From contig JBBSVW010000067.1 in NCBI GenBank assembly GCA_038046605.1, positions 1 to 46,015 of the forward strand: a stretch of DNA of 46,015 nucleotides. The letters run 5' to 3'. The translations under genes were made by a program, and so were the position numbers. Each line of letters opens with the position of its first letter. Within the stretch, counting starts at the first letter, position 1. The DNA comes from Candidatus Micrarchaeota archaeon (GTDB lineage Archaea; Micrarchaeota; Micrarchaeia; Norongarragalinales; SBBD01). The notes under the pieces were generated by a model, which worked only from the letters and a program-made list of their open reading frames with translations, ran no database searches and had not been told where the DNA came from. Positions 19,170 to 30,106 of this stretch are shown piece after piece.

Positions 19170-20867
19170 TTAGCATGCGCCCTGCCAATCCTGCCCGTTC
19201 AAAGAATTCCCAGAAAATTCCCCCCTCATCTTCATCTCCCTCCTCTTCTTATTGTAGGCAATTGAGAACCGATGCGTTTCATCCCTAATTCTACGGAGAA
19301 GAAGCATCATCCGGCTCATTTTGTCGAATTTCCGGGGGATGGTTTCATCCGGAAGGTAGATCTCCTCGTATTTCTTGGCAAGCCCGATTAGAGGAATTTG
19401 CAAACCAAGGGATTTGAGGGCGCTTGTGGCTGCAGATATCTGTCCAGGCCCACCATCGATTATTATAAGATCGGGCATTTGGATATTAATGATTGCCGAT
19501 CCCTTCGATTGGATGCCTGCGCCCTCCATCCTCTTATTATTCGCTACTCCCTCCATTAGCCCCCTATACCTCCTCCCCACCACTTCATTCATGCTCGCAA
19601 AATCATCCTGCCCTTCCACAGTTTTAATTTTGAATTTCCGGTAATTGCCCTTATCCGGCTTTCCATCTGCAAATCTCACCATTCCGGAAACCACGTGCTC
19701 CCTTCCCAAATTTGAAATGTCAAAGCATTCAATGATACGGGGAAGCGTTGGCAAATTAAGCGCCGTTTGCAGATCCACTAGCGCAAAATCCTCCTCCAAA
19801 TTAACCTCAATGTTCTTTTCCGCAAGCTTTACAAGGGCCAATTTATCTGCACGTTCTGGAACCACTAAATGGACCGGCCCTCCCCTGTTTTTGGAGAAGA
19901 ACTCTTCAAGCGCACCTTTTTCCGCGTTGTCCATCCAGCACTCCTTGTTCAGGAGGATTTCCTTAGGGATTTGGTTTGATGCATAGAACGCTTTTAGGAA
20001 CTCCTGCTCAATTCCGGCTTGCAAATCTACCTCAAATTCCTTCTTCCCAAGCAAAACCCCTCTCCGGATGCCCATTTGCACAATTAGCATTTTCTCCCCA
20101 AGCCGGCGGAATGCCATCACGTCCTGGTCGAAATCCCTATCCTTGTCAACAATTTGCTTTTGCGTCAGCAGGTTGATTGAGGAAATTTGATTGCGTATTT
20201 CAAGCGCCCTCTCATAATGCAGATCATGCGTGGCAATATCCATCAGGTCTTCCAATTGCGTCAAAGTTCCCTCGTAATTACCCTTCAAAAACGCTCTGGC
20301 AGACTCCACCTGCTTCCCATACTCTTCCCGTGTAACATTTCCTATGCATGGCGCCGTGCAAAGCCCGATGTGGAAATTGAGGCAGGCGCGCTTCGGGAGG
20401 GTTTTGCAAACGCGCAATTTGAAAACCTTGACCGCCGCCTCCTTTAGGTTCATCCGCATGTATCCGTCTGTGAAAGGGCCAAATGCCTCCAGTTTAGAGC
20501 TTAATTTCCTTGTTGTGATGATCCTTGGGAAGTCTTCCTTTGTCAGTGCAATGTAAGCGAATGTTTTTGAATCCTTGAGGTTGATGTTATATTTTGGAAG
20601 GTGCTGCTTTACCAGCTTGTTTTCCAAAAGGAGCGCCTCCACCTCATTTCCAACAACAATCCAGTCAATCGACCTGATTTTGGAAACCAGCATCTGTGTT
20701 TTAGCCGGCTGCTCCGAATTGGAAAAGTAGCTCCTAACCCTAGAGCGCAGGCTCTTTGCCTTCCCGATGTAGATGATTTCGCCAGCGTCATCGCGGTAAA
20801 TGTACACTCCAGTGCCGATTGGAATGCTATCCGAGGAAAAATCGGATTTGGATGCGATTTGTTGCAT
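19170..20867 (-). CDS. uvrC: Excinuclease ABC subunit C, lacking the C-terminal HhH domain
   Basis: GVY..IYIGKAKSLRSRVRSYF (GIY-YIG), Cys cluster, IECFDISN, PDLIIIDGGPGQ, RIRDETHRF. Confidence 0.95.
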   Translation of the reverse strand: MQQIASKSDFSSDSIPIGTGVYIYRDDAGEIIYIGKAKSLRSRVRSYFSNSEQPAKTQMLVSKIRSIDWIVVGNEVEALLLENKLVKQHLPKYNINLKDSKTFAYIALTKEDFPRIITTRKLSSKLEAFGPFTDGYMRMNLKEAAVKVFKLRVCKTLPKRACLNFHIGLCTAPCIGNVTREEYGKQVESARAFLKGNYEGTLTQLEDLMDIATHDLHYERALEIRNQISSINLLTQKQIVDKDRDFDQDVMAFRRLGEKMLIVQMGIRRGVLLGKKEFEVDLQAGIEQEFLKAFYASNQIPKEILLNKECWMDNAEKGALEEFFSKNRGGPVHLVVPERADKLALVKLAEKNIEVNLEEDFALVDLQTALNLPTLPRIIECFDISNLGREHVVSGMVRFADGKPDKGNYRKFKIKTVEGQDDFASMNEVVGRRYRGLMEGVANNKRMEGAGIQSKGSAIINIQMPDLIIIDGGPGQISAATSALKSLGLQIPLIGLAKKYEEIYLPDETIPRKFDKMSRMMLLLRRIRDETHRFSIAYNKKRREMKMRGEFSGNSLNGQDWQGAC

Positions 20868-20907
20868 TAGCGCACCTGTAGGCTTGTCTTCAATATTTTG
20901 TGTTGAC

Positions 20908-23805
20908 TCATTTTAACATATGTTTGAGGAACTTTCCTGTGTACGATTTCTCATTCCCCACAATTTCCTCCGGCGTCCCTTTGGCAATAACTTCCCCGCC
21001 GGCCCTTCCGCCTTCCGGCCCCAAATCAATGAGGTAATCGCAGCTTTTCACAACATCCAAATTATGCTCAATTACAAAGACCGAATTCCCCTTCTCCACC
21101 AAATTGTTCAGCACTTTAATCAGGCGCTTCGTGTCATCAAAATGAAGCCCCACAGTTGGCTCATCAAGCATGTAGATGATGTGCCCGGATTTATTCTTGC
21201 TAAGTTCCCGCGTGATTTTGATGCGCTGGCTCTCCCCTCCGGAAAGTGTGGTGGAGCTTTGCCCCAATTTGATGTATCCAAGGCCCACATCAAGAAGCGT
21301 TTGCAGCCGCCTTTTGATGGAGTACATGTTGTCGAAAAACACGGCAGCCTCGCTTACCTCCATATCAAGAACTTCTGAAATATTCTTTCCCTTATACACA
21401 ATGCTAAGCGTTTCCTTGTTATAGCGCTTCCCCTTGCAATCGCTGCACTCCACATAAACATCCGGAAGGAAATTCATCTCTATGCGCAAAACCCCATCCC
21501 CCTGGCATGTTTCGCACCTCCCGCCCTTCACATTGAAAGAAAACCTCCCCTCATCATACCCCCTCATCCTTGCCTCCTTTGTTTGCGCATAGATTTTCCT
21601 GATCTCATCGAACAATTTGGTGTAAGTTGCAGGATTGCTCCTTGGCGTCCGTCCAATGGGGTCCTGATCAATCACAATTACGTTGGAAACGATCCTGGGA
21701 ACCTCAAGAGCCTCATGCTTCCCAACCCGATCCACTTGCTCCCCAAATCCCTTACGGAGCGCGGGCATGATGGTTTGATTCATGAGGGAGCTTTTCCCTG
21801 AGCCGGAAACTCCGGTGATTCCGCAAAGAACTCCAAGTGGAAGGTCTATTGTCAGGTTGCGCAGATTGTTTTCTGATGCACCCTTGATCCGGATAAATTC
21901 ATTTGCTTTTTTCCTGATTTTAGGAAGCTCGATTGCAAGTTCTCCAGATAGATATTTCCCAGTCAAGCTCTTCTTGTTTGCCATGATTTCTTTTGGAGTT
22001 CCCTGCGCCACAATGTGACCTCCATGCACACCGGCGCCTGGGCCCATATCTATGATATAATCAGCATTGCGAATGGTGTCCTCATCGTGCTCAACTACAA
22101 TTAGGGTATTGCCCAAATCCCTTAGCCGATGGAGCGTATTAATGAGCTTTTCATTATCCCGCTGATGCAATCCAATTGAGGGCTCATCCAGAATGTAGAG
22201 GACTCCCATCAAATTCGAGCCAATCTGAGTTGCCAACCTGATACGTTGCGCTTCCCCTCCGGAAAGCGTGCGCGCCGCCCTGGAGAGGGATAAGTAACCA
22301 AGCCCCACATTCTTGAGGAATCCTAGCCGTTCATTTACTTCCTTAAGCACTTGTTTGGCAATTACCAATTCCTTTTCTCCCAACTGGCTGGGCATTTTCA
22401 GGAAAAAATCAACCGCCTGCTCAATTGATAGGTCCGTTACATCGATGATGCTCCTCCCCTGAATTTTCACCGCAAGCACAACCGGCTGCAATTTCCTTCC
22501 CATGCAAGCTTCGCAAATTTTTGAGGTCATGAATTTTTCAATATCCTCCTTGCGCCATTCGCTTTCGGTTTGCTTATACAATCTCATGGTCTGTGGGATG
22601 ATCCCTTCCCATCCTTCCTTCATCCACATGTTTGCCCCATTTGACCATTTGCCGGAAACAGGCTCTTGATTCCCATACAAAAGCACTTCCAGCTGCTTTT
22701 TTGTGAATTTCTCAAGTGGGGTGAATATATCAAAGCCATATTTCTTTCCAACCGCCGAAATCTGTTGCGCCCTCCAGGTGAGGTCGATTTTGCCATAAAC
22801 CGCAATGCCTCCGTCCATTATTGATTTGGTTTTATCCGGAACAACAAGTTCCTGGGAAATTTCTGTTATCTCCCCAAGCCCATGGCATGTTTGGCAAGCA
22901 CCGAAGGGCGAATTGAACGAGAACATGCGCGGCTCCAGGCTCTCGAATACCACTTCCGGATGGTTTAAGCAAGCGCCAAATGTTGAATATATCGTTTCAC
23001 CCTCTCCCCTGCCTAGTTCCTTGAGTTTTACTTCATTCCCCTTTCCCTTTGCAGGTCCTTTTCCGCCATTCCTCCCATCCTCCTTTGCATCAACCACAAA
23101 AATTGTTCCCCTCCCCAAAATCAGCGCCTGCTCAACTGCCTCTGTAATCCTAGAACGCTCCTCATCGCTGATTTTTACCGTATCAATGACCGCCTCAATC
23201 CAGTGCTTTTCATAGCGCACCATTTTCGCTTCTTTCCAGGCGGCTTCGATCTCGTAAATTTTTTGATCAATTCTGATTTTTGCAAATCCCTGCTTTTTGA
23301 CATCCTCAATTACCTGCTCGTGCGTTCCTTTAATTCCCCGGATGATAGGTGCGACAAAAGTGAGCGATTTTCCCTTATCCGCCATCACAAGCCCCACGAT
23401 ATTCTCCGCGCTTTGCGGACGGATTGCCCCGTTGCACTTTGGGCAGTGGTGCGTTCCTACCCGTGCGAATAGCAGCCGCAGATAATCATAAATTTCAGTT
23501 ACCGTCCCCACCGTGGATCTGGGATTCTTGCTCGTGGATTTTTGCTCAATTGAAATCGCAGGCGAAAGCCCCTCAATTGAATCAACATCCGGCTTATCCA
23601 TTAATCCCAGGAACTGGCGAGCATAGGCGGAAAGCGATTCCACATACCTTCGCTGCCCCTCCGCATAAATCGTATCAAATGCAAGCGTGGATTTCCCAGA
23701 TCCGGATAGCCCGGTTATCACGATGAGCTTATTCCGCGGAAGCTCCACATCTATATTTTTCAAATTGTGCTCCCGCGCCCCCTTTACTATTATACTATCT
23801 CTCAT
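20908..23805 (-). CDS. uvrA: Excinuclease ABC subunit A
   Basis: GAREHNLKN, GLSGSGKS, LSGGEAQRIRLA, GVSGSGKS, LSGGESQR, zinc fingers. Confidence 0.98.
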   Translation of the reverse strand: MRDSIIVKGAREHNLKNIDVELPRNKLIVITGLSGSGKSTLAFDTIYAEGQRRYVESLSAYARQFLGLMDKPDVDSIEGLSPAISIEQKSTSKNPRSTVGTVTEIYDYLRLLFARVGTHHCPKCNGAIRPQSAENIVGLVMADKGKSLTFVAPIIRGIKGTHEQVIEDVKKQGFAKIRIDQKIYEIEAAWKEAKMVRYEKHWIEAVIDTVKISDEERSRITEAVEQALILGRGTIFVVDAKEDGRNGGKGPAKGKGNEVKLKELGRGEGETIYSTFGACLNHPEVVFESLEPRMFSFNSPFGACQTCHGLGEITEISQELVVPDKTKSIMDGGIAVYGKIDLTWRAQQISAVGKKYGFDIFTPLEKFTKKQLEVLLYGNQEPVSGKWSNGANMWMKEGWEGIIPQTMRLYKQTESEWRKEDIEKFMTSKICEACMGRKLQPVVLAVKIQGRSIIDVTDLSIEQAVDFFLKMPSQLGEKELVIAKQVLKEVNERLGFLKNVGLGYLSLSRAARTLSGGEAQRIRLATQIGSNLMGVLYILDEPSIGLHQRDNEKLINTLHRLRDLGNTLIVVEHDEDTIRNADYIIDMGPGAGVHGGHIVAQGTPKEIMANKKSLTGKYLSGELAIELPKIRKKANEFIRIKGASENNLRNLTIDLPLGVLCGITGVSGSGKSSLMNQTIMPALRKGFGEQVDRVGKHEALEVPRIVSNVIVIDQDPIGRTPRSNPATYTKLFDEIRKIYAQTKEARMRGYDEGRFSFNVKGGRCETCQGDGVLRIEMNFLPDVYVECSDCKGKRYNKETLSIVYKGKNISEVLDMEVSEAAVFFDNMYSIKRRLQTLLDVGLGYIKLGQSSTTLSGGESQRIKITRELSKNKSGHIIYMLDEPTVGLHFDDTKRLIKVLNNLVEKGNSVFVIEHNLDVVKSCDYLIDLGPEGGRAGGEVIAKGTPEEIVGNEKSYTGKFLKHMLK

Positions 23806-23910
23806 GAAATTTTACACCAAATCAAAAAATGAAATATATATTTTTCAGGCTACGGTAAATTTGCCATTAATCTCCACTTTTACTTAATATTCGCCTCTAC
23901 AAATTATCAA

Positions 23911-25965
23911 TTATTTTTTCAATTTTTTCGAATCCTGCCACTCCCTCTCCTTTACTTTGTTGATTGCAGCTACTTTCATGCTCTCTAGCGCGTCCCTGAG
24001 TTCGATTGCCTTCTCAAACTCCAGCTTTTCAGCAGCCTCCCTCATCCTGGCATCCAAATCTATGATTTGCCGCTGGAGTTCGGATTTCCCAAGGTGCTTT
24101 ACCCCCTTGATATGCCCCTCCTTTTGCGAAACCGACTTGATGATGGTTTTTGGCGTGATGCGCCATTTCTTGTTGAACCTTATCTGGAACATCCTGCGGC
24201 GCCCTGTTACCTCCATTGCCCTTCTAATTGATTGCGTATGCGCATCCGCATACAAAATCACCCTGCCCTCCACATTCCGGGCTGCCCTTCCAATGGTTTG
24301 GATCAAGCTGCGCTCATCACGAAGGAACCCCTCCTTATCCGCATCCAAAATGAAGATTGTTGCAACCTCCGGAAGATCCAGCCCCTCCCGGAGCAAATTA
24401 ATCCCCACCAATATATCAAATTCTCCAATGCGAAATTGCCTAATCAGCTCAATCCGATCAAGGCTGTCGATATCCGAATGCATATACCTGACTTTTAGCC
24501 CCTCCTTCACCAAATAATCCGTCAAATCCTCCGCCATTCTTTTTGTAAGCGTTGTGATTAGCACCCGGTTGCCCTTCCCTATTGTCTCCCGGGCCTTTGC
24601 CATCAAGTGCTTCATCTGCCCTGCGATTGGGTGCAATTCCACAATTGGATCCAAAAGGCCTGTAGGCCGTGTGATCAAATCCACAGTCTGTGAACTCTTT
24701 TGCAATTCATACTCCGCAGGAGTTGCAGAAACAAACAGCGTTTGGGGCATCTTGTTCTCAAACTCCTCGAATTTCAAAGGGCGATTGTCAAATGCGCAAG
24801 GGAGCCTAAAGCCAAAGTCCACCAAATTCTTCTTGCGGGCAAAATCCCCATTGAACATTGCCCTTGCCTGCGGAATTGACTGGTGGCTCTCATCAATTAT
24901 TAAAAGAAAATCTTTCGGGAAATAATCGAGAAGCACATAAGGCGGCTCTCCAACCTTCCTTCCATCGAAATGGCGCGTGTAATTTTCTATTCCGGAGCAA
25001 TAGCCCAGCTCTTCAATCATCTCCAAATCATATTTCACGCGCTGTGAAAGTCGCTGCGCTTCAAGTGGGGGCAAATGGGGGAGCCGTTCCTCAAGCTCTT
25101 GCTTGATTTGCACCATCCCCCTCTTCTTCATCTCCTCCGGTACAACATATTGCTCTGCCGGATAAATCATGGTTTCCTCCAAGGGGTTTTTCACATCCAT
25201 TGTGATGGCATCCAGCTCTTTCAAGGATTTTATTTTCCCATCTGAGAGCTCGATCCGCAGGATGTCCTTCTCATAAACCGGAACAACATCAATTACATCC
25301 CCCCTAACCCGAAACCTGCCGCCTTCCAACGCCTGATCATTGCGTTCGTATTGTATGGCGAGCAGTGATTGCAAAAGCGATTGCCTGGTAATTGCCATCC
25401 CTTTCTTTAATTCAATTGAAAGCTCCTTGAAATAGGCAGGGTTCCCAAGCCCGTAAATGCAGCTGATGCTTGCAACCACTATCACATCATTGCGTGAAAT
25501 GAGGCTTGATACTGCATGCATCCTCATCCGTTCAATTTCATCATTCCTGCTCGAATCCTTCTCAATGTAAGTATCCGTTGTGGGAATGTAGGATTCCGGC
25601 TGGTAATAGTCGTAGAATGAGATGAAATATTCCACCCGGTTTTTCGGGAAAAGCTCCTTAAGTTCGGTGTAAAGCTGCGCTGCAAGCGTTTTGTTGTGCG
25701 CTAAAATCAGGGTTGGCTTTTGCAGCCTTTGGATCATGTTTGCCATTACGAAGGTTTTCCCGCTTCCGGTTATTCCAAGGAGGGTTTGCTTTATCCCATT
25801 TGCGGGTGTTACTTGCTTTTGAAATGGCGATTTGCCTTGAATTGAAATTCGTTTATCCCCCTTGGCTTTTGCCGAATCATTAATTCCAAAGCCTTTGGCC
25901 AGCTTTTCAATTGCCTCCAGTTGCCCCGGGGATGGTTTGTATGGTGCGCTAAGCTGGAATTGCAT
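23911..25965 (-). CDS. uvrB: Excinuclease ABC subunit B
   Basis: LLGITGSGKT, HNKTLAAQL, YYQPESY, DESH, NLLREGLD, IQTIGRAARN, C-terminal UVR motif. Confidence 0.98.
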   Translation of the reverse strand: MQFQLSAPYKPSPGQLEAIEKLAKGFGINDSAKAKGDKRISIQGKSPFQKQVTPANGIKQTLLGITGSGKTFVMANMIQRLQKPTLILAHNKTLAAQLYTELKELFPKNRVEYFISFYDYYQPESYIPTTDTYIEKDSSRNDEIERMRMHAVSSLISRNDVIVVASISCIYGLGNPAYFKELSIELKKGMAITRQSLLQSLLAIQYERNDQALEGGRFRVRGDVIDVVPVYEKDILRIELSDGKIKSLKELDAITMDVKNPLEETMIYPAEQYVVPEEMKKRGMVQIKQELEERLPHLPPLEAQRLSQRVKYDLEMIEELGYCSGIENYTRHFDGRKVGEPPYVLLDYFPKDFLLIIDESHQSIPQARAMFNGDFARKKNLVDFGFRLPCAFDNRPLKFEEFENKMPQTLFVSATPAEYELQKSSQTVDLITRPTGLLDPIVELHPIAGQMKHLMAKARETIGKGNRVLITTLTKRMAEDLTDYLVKEGLKVRYMHSDIDSLDRIELIRQFRIGEFDILVGINLLREGLDLPEVATIFILDADKEGFLRDERSLIQTIGRAARNVEGRVILYADAHTQSIRRAMEVTGRRRMFQIRFNKKWRITPKTIIKSVSQKEGHIKGVKHLGKSELQRQIIDLDARMREAAEKLEFEKAIELRDALESMKVAAINKVKEREWQDSKKLKK

Positions 25966-26151
25966 AACTTAAGCCTCCTGAAATAGTATCCTAAAACGAC
26001 CGGTAATTCTTTCAAAAACGAGCCTTATAAGGCTAATTGGGGGTGGCTTCCATTGGGTAAACTTTATTGAATTGGTGGAAGATCAAATCACTTATGGAAT
26101 TTTCCTTCTCCACTCATTTTTTTGAATCCCAACTCATCAAATCCTTCCCAT

Positions 26152-26838
26152 TTACTTTCCCATTTCAATCTTGAAATTGAACATTGGCGTTTTAAGCACT
26201 CCCCACAAATTGATCCAAAGAGGCAGGATCATTTCTGCGCCTCTTGAGCTCTTGATATCGCCCAAATCCACAATATTTTCCCAACCATATTCGTTTTTTA
26301 AAAATGAAATAACTTCCTCCTTTGCATTTTGGTCATTCCCACCAACGAAAATATGGTGATTCCCATCCGCTAGCATTCGGGGATCAACTTGCACTGGCGC
26401 GCTTAATGTATTTAACGATTTCACAATTTTTGCCTTCGGGAACGCTTTTTGAATCTGCTCCCCAAGCGAATCCGTGTTGCAAACCGTAAGGGAAGGCGGC
26501 ATCCCCTTGGAAAAATCAAGCGGATTGGAAATATCGATTATGATTTTCCCATCAATTTCCGATCCTGCCGCCCTTAGGGCATCTATGGAATGCAGCCCCA
26601 GCGTTGCGTTTATGAGGATTTCCCCATGCCTTGCGCAATCCGCAAATGTCCCCACCTTCACTTTCCGATTGTTTTCATACCACGTGCCAAACGAATCCCT
26701 TCCCATGGCGTCCTTTTCCTTGTTTGCAATCGTTTTATGGGTATTCCTTGTCCCAATCATCACATCATGCCCCATGGAAAGCAATTTTGCAGCGTGCGCC
26801 TGGCCCACAGTTCCAGTCCCAAGTATTCCTATTTTCAT
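26152..26838 (-). CDS. F420-dependent NADP oxidoreductase family (Rossmann-fold) protein
   Basis: MKIGILGTGTVG, IIDISNPLDF, SLGEQIQKAFPKAKIVKSLNT. Confidence 0.8.
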   Translation of the reverse strand: MKIGILGTGTVGQAHAAKLLSMGHDVMIGTRNTHKTIANKEKDAMGRDSFGTWYENNRKVKVGTFADCARHGEILINATLGLHSIDALRAAGSEIDGKIIIDISNPLDFSKGMPPSLTVCNTDSLGEQIQKAFPKAKIVKSLNTLSAPVQVDPRMLADGNHHIFVGGNDQNAKEEVISFLKNEYGWENIVDLGDIKSSRGAEMILPLWINLWGVLKTPMFNFKIEMGK

Positions 26839-27039
26839 ATGAACCACCTTTTAAATAGTTTAATCGGTAGGCAAAACGCCAATTTAAGGATAAGGTTTAA
26901 GCCTTCTGAAGTCCTACCTGTTAATAATTGCCTGGCAAAGAAGGCAGGCCGGCTTCATATCCTGGTCCAAAATTTGCCCGCAAAGCTCTCCGGCCCAGTA
27001 TTTCCTCCTGTTTTGCGATTCCTTCGGTACAAAAAATAT

Positions 27040-28020
27040 TCAGATTAGCAGTTCAGCCAATACCGAAATCACATACCCGCAAATCAATGCAATGCCGCCC
27101 AATTTTGTGATTTTTCCAAAGCGGGAGATGTAAACGAATAGTAGTGTTATCAGCACAATTGCCGGGATTGTCACCATTTGGACTTTTGGCTCAATTGTAA
27201 TTGGGGTCAAAATGGCTATTGCCCCAACGCTTACCAGTAGAGTGAAAATATTCGAACCGACGGTTTCAGTTACGGCAAGATCGGTATGCCCCCGCCTGGT
27301 TGCCTGGAGCGCCGCTGCTAGATTTGGTATGCTCGGCCCAAGCGCCCCTAGGGTAATGCCAATGACAATTTCCGATACCCCGAATATTTTGGAATAAACA
27401 ACAAGCATATCCGTGAAAAACAGTGCGCCAAGGATCATCATTAACCCGCCGGCTAGGAAATATCCAAATCCCCTATGTTTGCGAAGCCTATCGCCGGTTT
27501 TTCCAACGAGCATCAAGGCTTCCTGTGCATCCTTTGCCTCCTTAACGGATTCCTTTTTGGTGATGTATCTTTCCTGCTGGTAAACATTCAGCACATATGG
27601 GATGAAAATCAGAAGCAAAATTATTCCATCAAATCTATTTAGCTCGCCTTTGGCGATTATGAACAGGGAAACAATTATTGTGGCGACGAGCATAAAGCCC
27701 AAATCCCTAAGCATGGTTATTTTCGAAATTTTCAAATCCGAAATCAATGCACTGGCCCCAACAATAAGGCCAAGGTTAATGATGACCGAACCAAGAATTG
27801 TTCCAAGGCCAATAAGCGGATAGCCCTTCAAAATGCTTGAAACCGCAACAACTACCTCGGGAAGGCTAAGCAGCGCCGAAACAAGGATAAGGCCGATTGC
27901 CGAATGGCTTATGGCAAGCGCCCTTGCTAGATGGGCAATTGAATCCGTCAGCCAATCCGCCCCCTTAACAATTAGGATGATGCCTGCGATGCCTAAAATT
28001 GAGCTTAAAAGCATGTCCAT
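27040..28020 (-). CDS. Na+/Ca2+ exchanger family (YrbG-like) antiporter
   Basis: About 10 TM segments; alpha-repeats SLPE...GSVIIN and PSIPN...GSNIFT. Confidence 0.85.
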   Translation of the reverse strand: MDMLLSSILGIAGIILIVKGADWLTDSIAHLARALAISHSAIGLILVSALLSLPEVVVAVSSILKGYPLIGLGTILGSVIINLGLIVGASALISDLKISKITMLRDLGFMLVATIIVSLFIIAKGELNRFDGIILLLIFIPYVLNVYQQERYITKKESVKEAKDAQEALMLVGKTGDRLRKHRGFGYFLAGGLMMILGALFFTDMLVVYSKIFGVSEIVIGITLGALGPSIPNLAAALQATRRGHTDLAVTETVGSNIFTLLVSVGAIAILTPITIEPKVQMVTIPAIVLITLLFVYISRFGKITKLGGIALICGYVISVLAELLI

Positions 28021-28150
28021 ATCCTATTTTTTCCCCTAGTGCCAAGATAAGTTGGCTTGGGAGAATTATGCTAGGCCATATTAATATTGCGCTGTGGGGG
28101 GCTTTTTTTGAATTCCCCCTTCCCCGATTATAAAAATAGTTGAAAAGCGC

Positions 28151-28224
28151 CTTGGCCGAGCAGGGGGGGGTTTCAAGCGAAGTGCCTTGGAAAAACCAAC
28201 TTTCAAGTGTTGCTAAACAGCTAC
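28151..28224 (+). repeat. Dispersed non-coding repeat, copy 1
   Basis: Aligns with 32324-32395 at about 58/74 positions (hand count). Confidence 0.8.
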
Positions 28225-28291
28225 TGATTTGTAGATGATCGATACCGACGAAGAATGATGCAAGGGTTAAAAAGCAAGAGAATTGTTTTTA

Positions 28292-30106
28292 ATGCCGCCA
28301 CGGATAATGATTGTCATGAAGCCTCCGCAACAACCCAATAAAATCCCGGAAGTGCCCCTGCCCGCCCTGGTAATTTTTCTGCTGATAGTGTTCGCAGTCG
28401 GGATTTACAAGTACGGCAGCCCGTTTGACAATTTTTTGCCTTCTGCTTCTCCGGCTGCTGATCCGACGATTGCCCCGACCGCCACGCCCGGCCCTTTTGG
28501 GGGCGGCATTCTTGCCGGCGCGTTTTTCTACAAGGGCCCAAGGCCTTCGCCCAAGATGATCCCATATTACGACGAGCAGGGGAATAACCGCACGGCCTTT
28601 GCGCTTCCCGGGGAATTGATGGTGCGCGCGCCCGCAAAGGCCACCCGCGCTGAAGTTGAAAAAAAACTTGCCGCAGTCGGAGTCAACCATAAATTGCTTG
28701 GCGCCATCCCCGCAATAGGAAGCTATCTTGTCGAGGTGCCGCAGGGCCAGGAAGCGTATTTCATTTCCGCCCTTCGCGCGCTTACCATTTTACGGGCAGC
28801 GGATGGGAATTATTCTGCTATACCCAATTTCGTGCTGTCTGCCGACGATACTCCGGCCGCCGTTTCCGGTACGAGGATAATCAACTTTTCGGACGACGGC
28901 GTTCCGCTTTGCGGCGAAATGCTTTACACCCCGGCGTACCTAGGCACCCCCGACCCGTCTGCAAAAGTGATAGTGGCGCTGATTGACAGTTTTGCGCGGG
29001 ACAAGCCCGCTGTGCCAAGCCACGGCGATAACACTGAGGCCGCGCTTCGCTCGACCTGCCAGGGTTGCCCGTTGCAGAAAATCGACGTTGGCAAAGGCAG
29101 CGTGGGATTTGACGTCATAGAACGCGCCTTTGCTTTTGCAATTGCCGGAGCCGAAATCAACTGCCAGGACGTTGTCGTCAGTCTCTCCTTCAACCCCTTC
29201 AGGTACTACAATTTGGCCAACCACTATGAAAACCTGTCGTTTTACGACGAAGAAATCCGCAACTTGGACTCGAATTACGACTACGGGGAGTTCATGAAGA
29301 TGCTGCTTGGCGTCATGGCGAATTCCAAGTGGGCGCTTGCAGGGCATGTCAAGCTGCACAACTCCGCAGGAAACGGTGTGCTGCTGTGCGCTCCGGCTGC
29401 GCCCGGGGAAACGCTGTGCAGCGTCAAAGAGAAAGTTATGCGCGTTGTTGGCATTGACCTGACGCAGGCAATGGATTATTTGCGGGTTCATCCTGCTTAC
29501 GGCAGCCTCATGCGTAGCTACGTCGAAGTCTGGTGCGCCTACGAGCACGGCATGGTCCAGCTTGCAAGCTACAGCAACTACGGCCCCAAAATCGACTGCA
29601 AAGAGCCCTATGGCGGGCTGTTGGGCACTTCTTTCAGCGCGCCGCTTGGCGCGGGCGAGGACTATGTGGCAATTAAAAAACGCATTGCAGGCGAAGGCCA
29701 GGACTGCAATCCTTCGTGGTCGCTTCCCATGCCGACCTGTCCGCCAGGCGAAATCATGCCCACTCCTGTAATTGTAACGCCTAGGCCTACGGCAATTCCG
29801 GACACAGCGTGCACTAGCGATGCGCAATGCACTTCTGACTATGCAGCGAAGTACTGCAAGAGCGGGGACGAAGAGTGCAGGACACTGAGCACTTATTGGC
29901 GCTGCGGCTTCGACAAAGTCTGCCACATGTGCCTATACAAACGGGGAATGTCAATCGAAGGCGAACAGGGCGACTACCTGGGATGCATGAGTTGCCAGGA
30001 AGGCTTGGACGCAGGGCTTAGGGGTGATGGCTGTCCCGAGCAATTTTACTGCGAACGCGGGACATGCGTGCTGCAATCCGGAACGAAAAGCATAACAACC
30101 AGCTGA
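28292..30106 (+). CDS. Membrane-anchored subtilisin-like (S8) protease with Cys-rich tail
   Basis: N-terminal TM, prodomain-like region, catalytic motifs VALIDS, SHGD, SAGN, ASYSNYG and GTSFSAP. Visibly higher GC than its neighbours. Exact start uncertain (28283-28316). Confidence 0.7.
   Translation: MPPRIMIVMKPPQQPNKIPEVPLPALVIFLLIVFAVGIYKYGSPFDNFLPSASPAADPTIAPTATPGPFGGGILAGAFFYKGPRPSPKMIPYYDEQGNNRTAFALPGELMVRAPAKATRAEVEKKLAAVGVNHKLLGAIPAIGSYLVEVPQGQEAYFISALRALTILRAADGNYSAIPNFVLSADDTPAAVSGTRIINFSDDGVPLCGEMLYTPAYLGTPDPSAKVIVALIDSFARDKPAVPSHGDNTEAALRSTCQGCPLQKIDVGKGSVGFDVIERAFAFAIAGAEINCQDVVVSLSFNPFRYYNLANHYENLSFYDEEIRNLDSNYDYGEFMKMLLGVMANSKWALAGHVKLHNSAGNGVLLCAPAAPGETLCSVKEKVMRVVGIDLTQAMDYLRVHPAYGSLMRSYVEVWCAYEHGMVQLASYSNYGPKIDCKEPYGGLLGTSFSAPLGAGEDYVAIKKRIAGEGQDCNPSWSLPMPTCPPGEIMPTPVIVTPRPTAIPDTACTSDAQCTSDYAAKYCKSGDEECRTLSTYWRCGFDKVCHMCLYKRGMSIEGEQGDYLGCMSCQEGLDAGLRGDGCPEQFYCERGTCVLQSGTKSITTS

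Noticed and set aside
28940-29926. 328-aa minus-strand ORF
   Set aside because: Antisense shadow of the GC-rich S8 protease gene, which carries the recognisable motifs.
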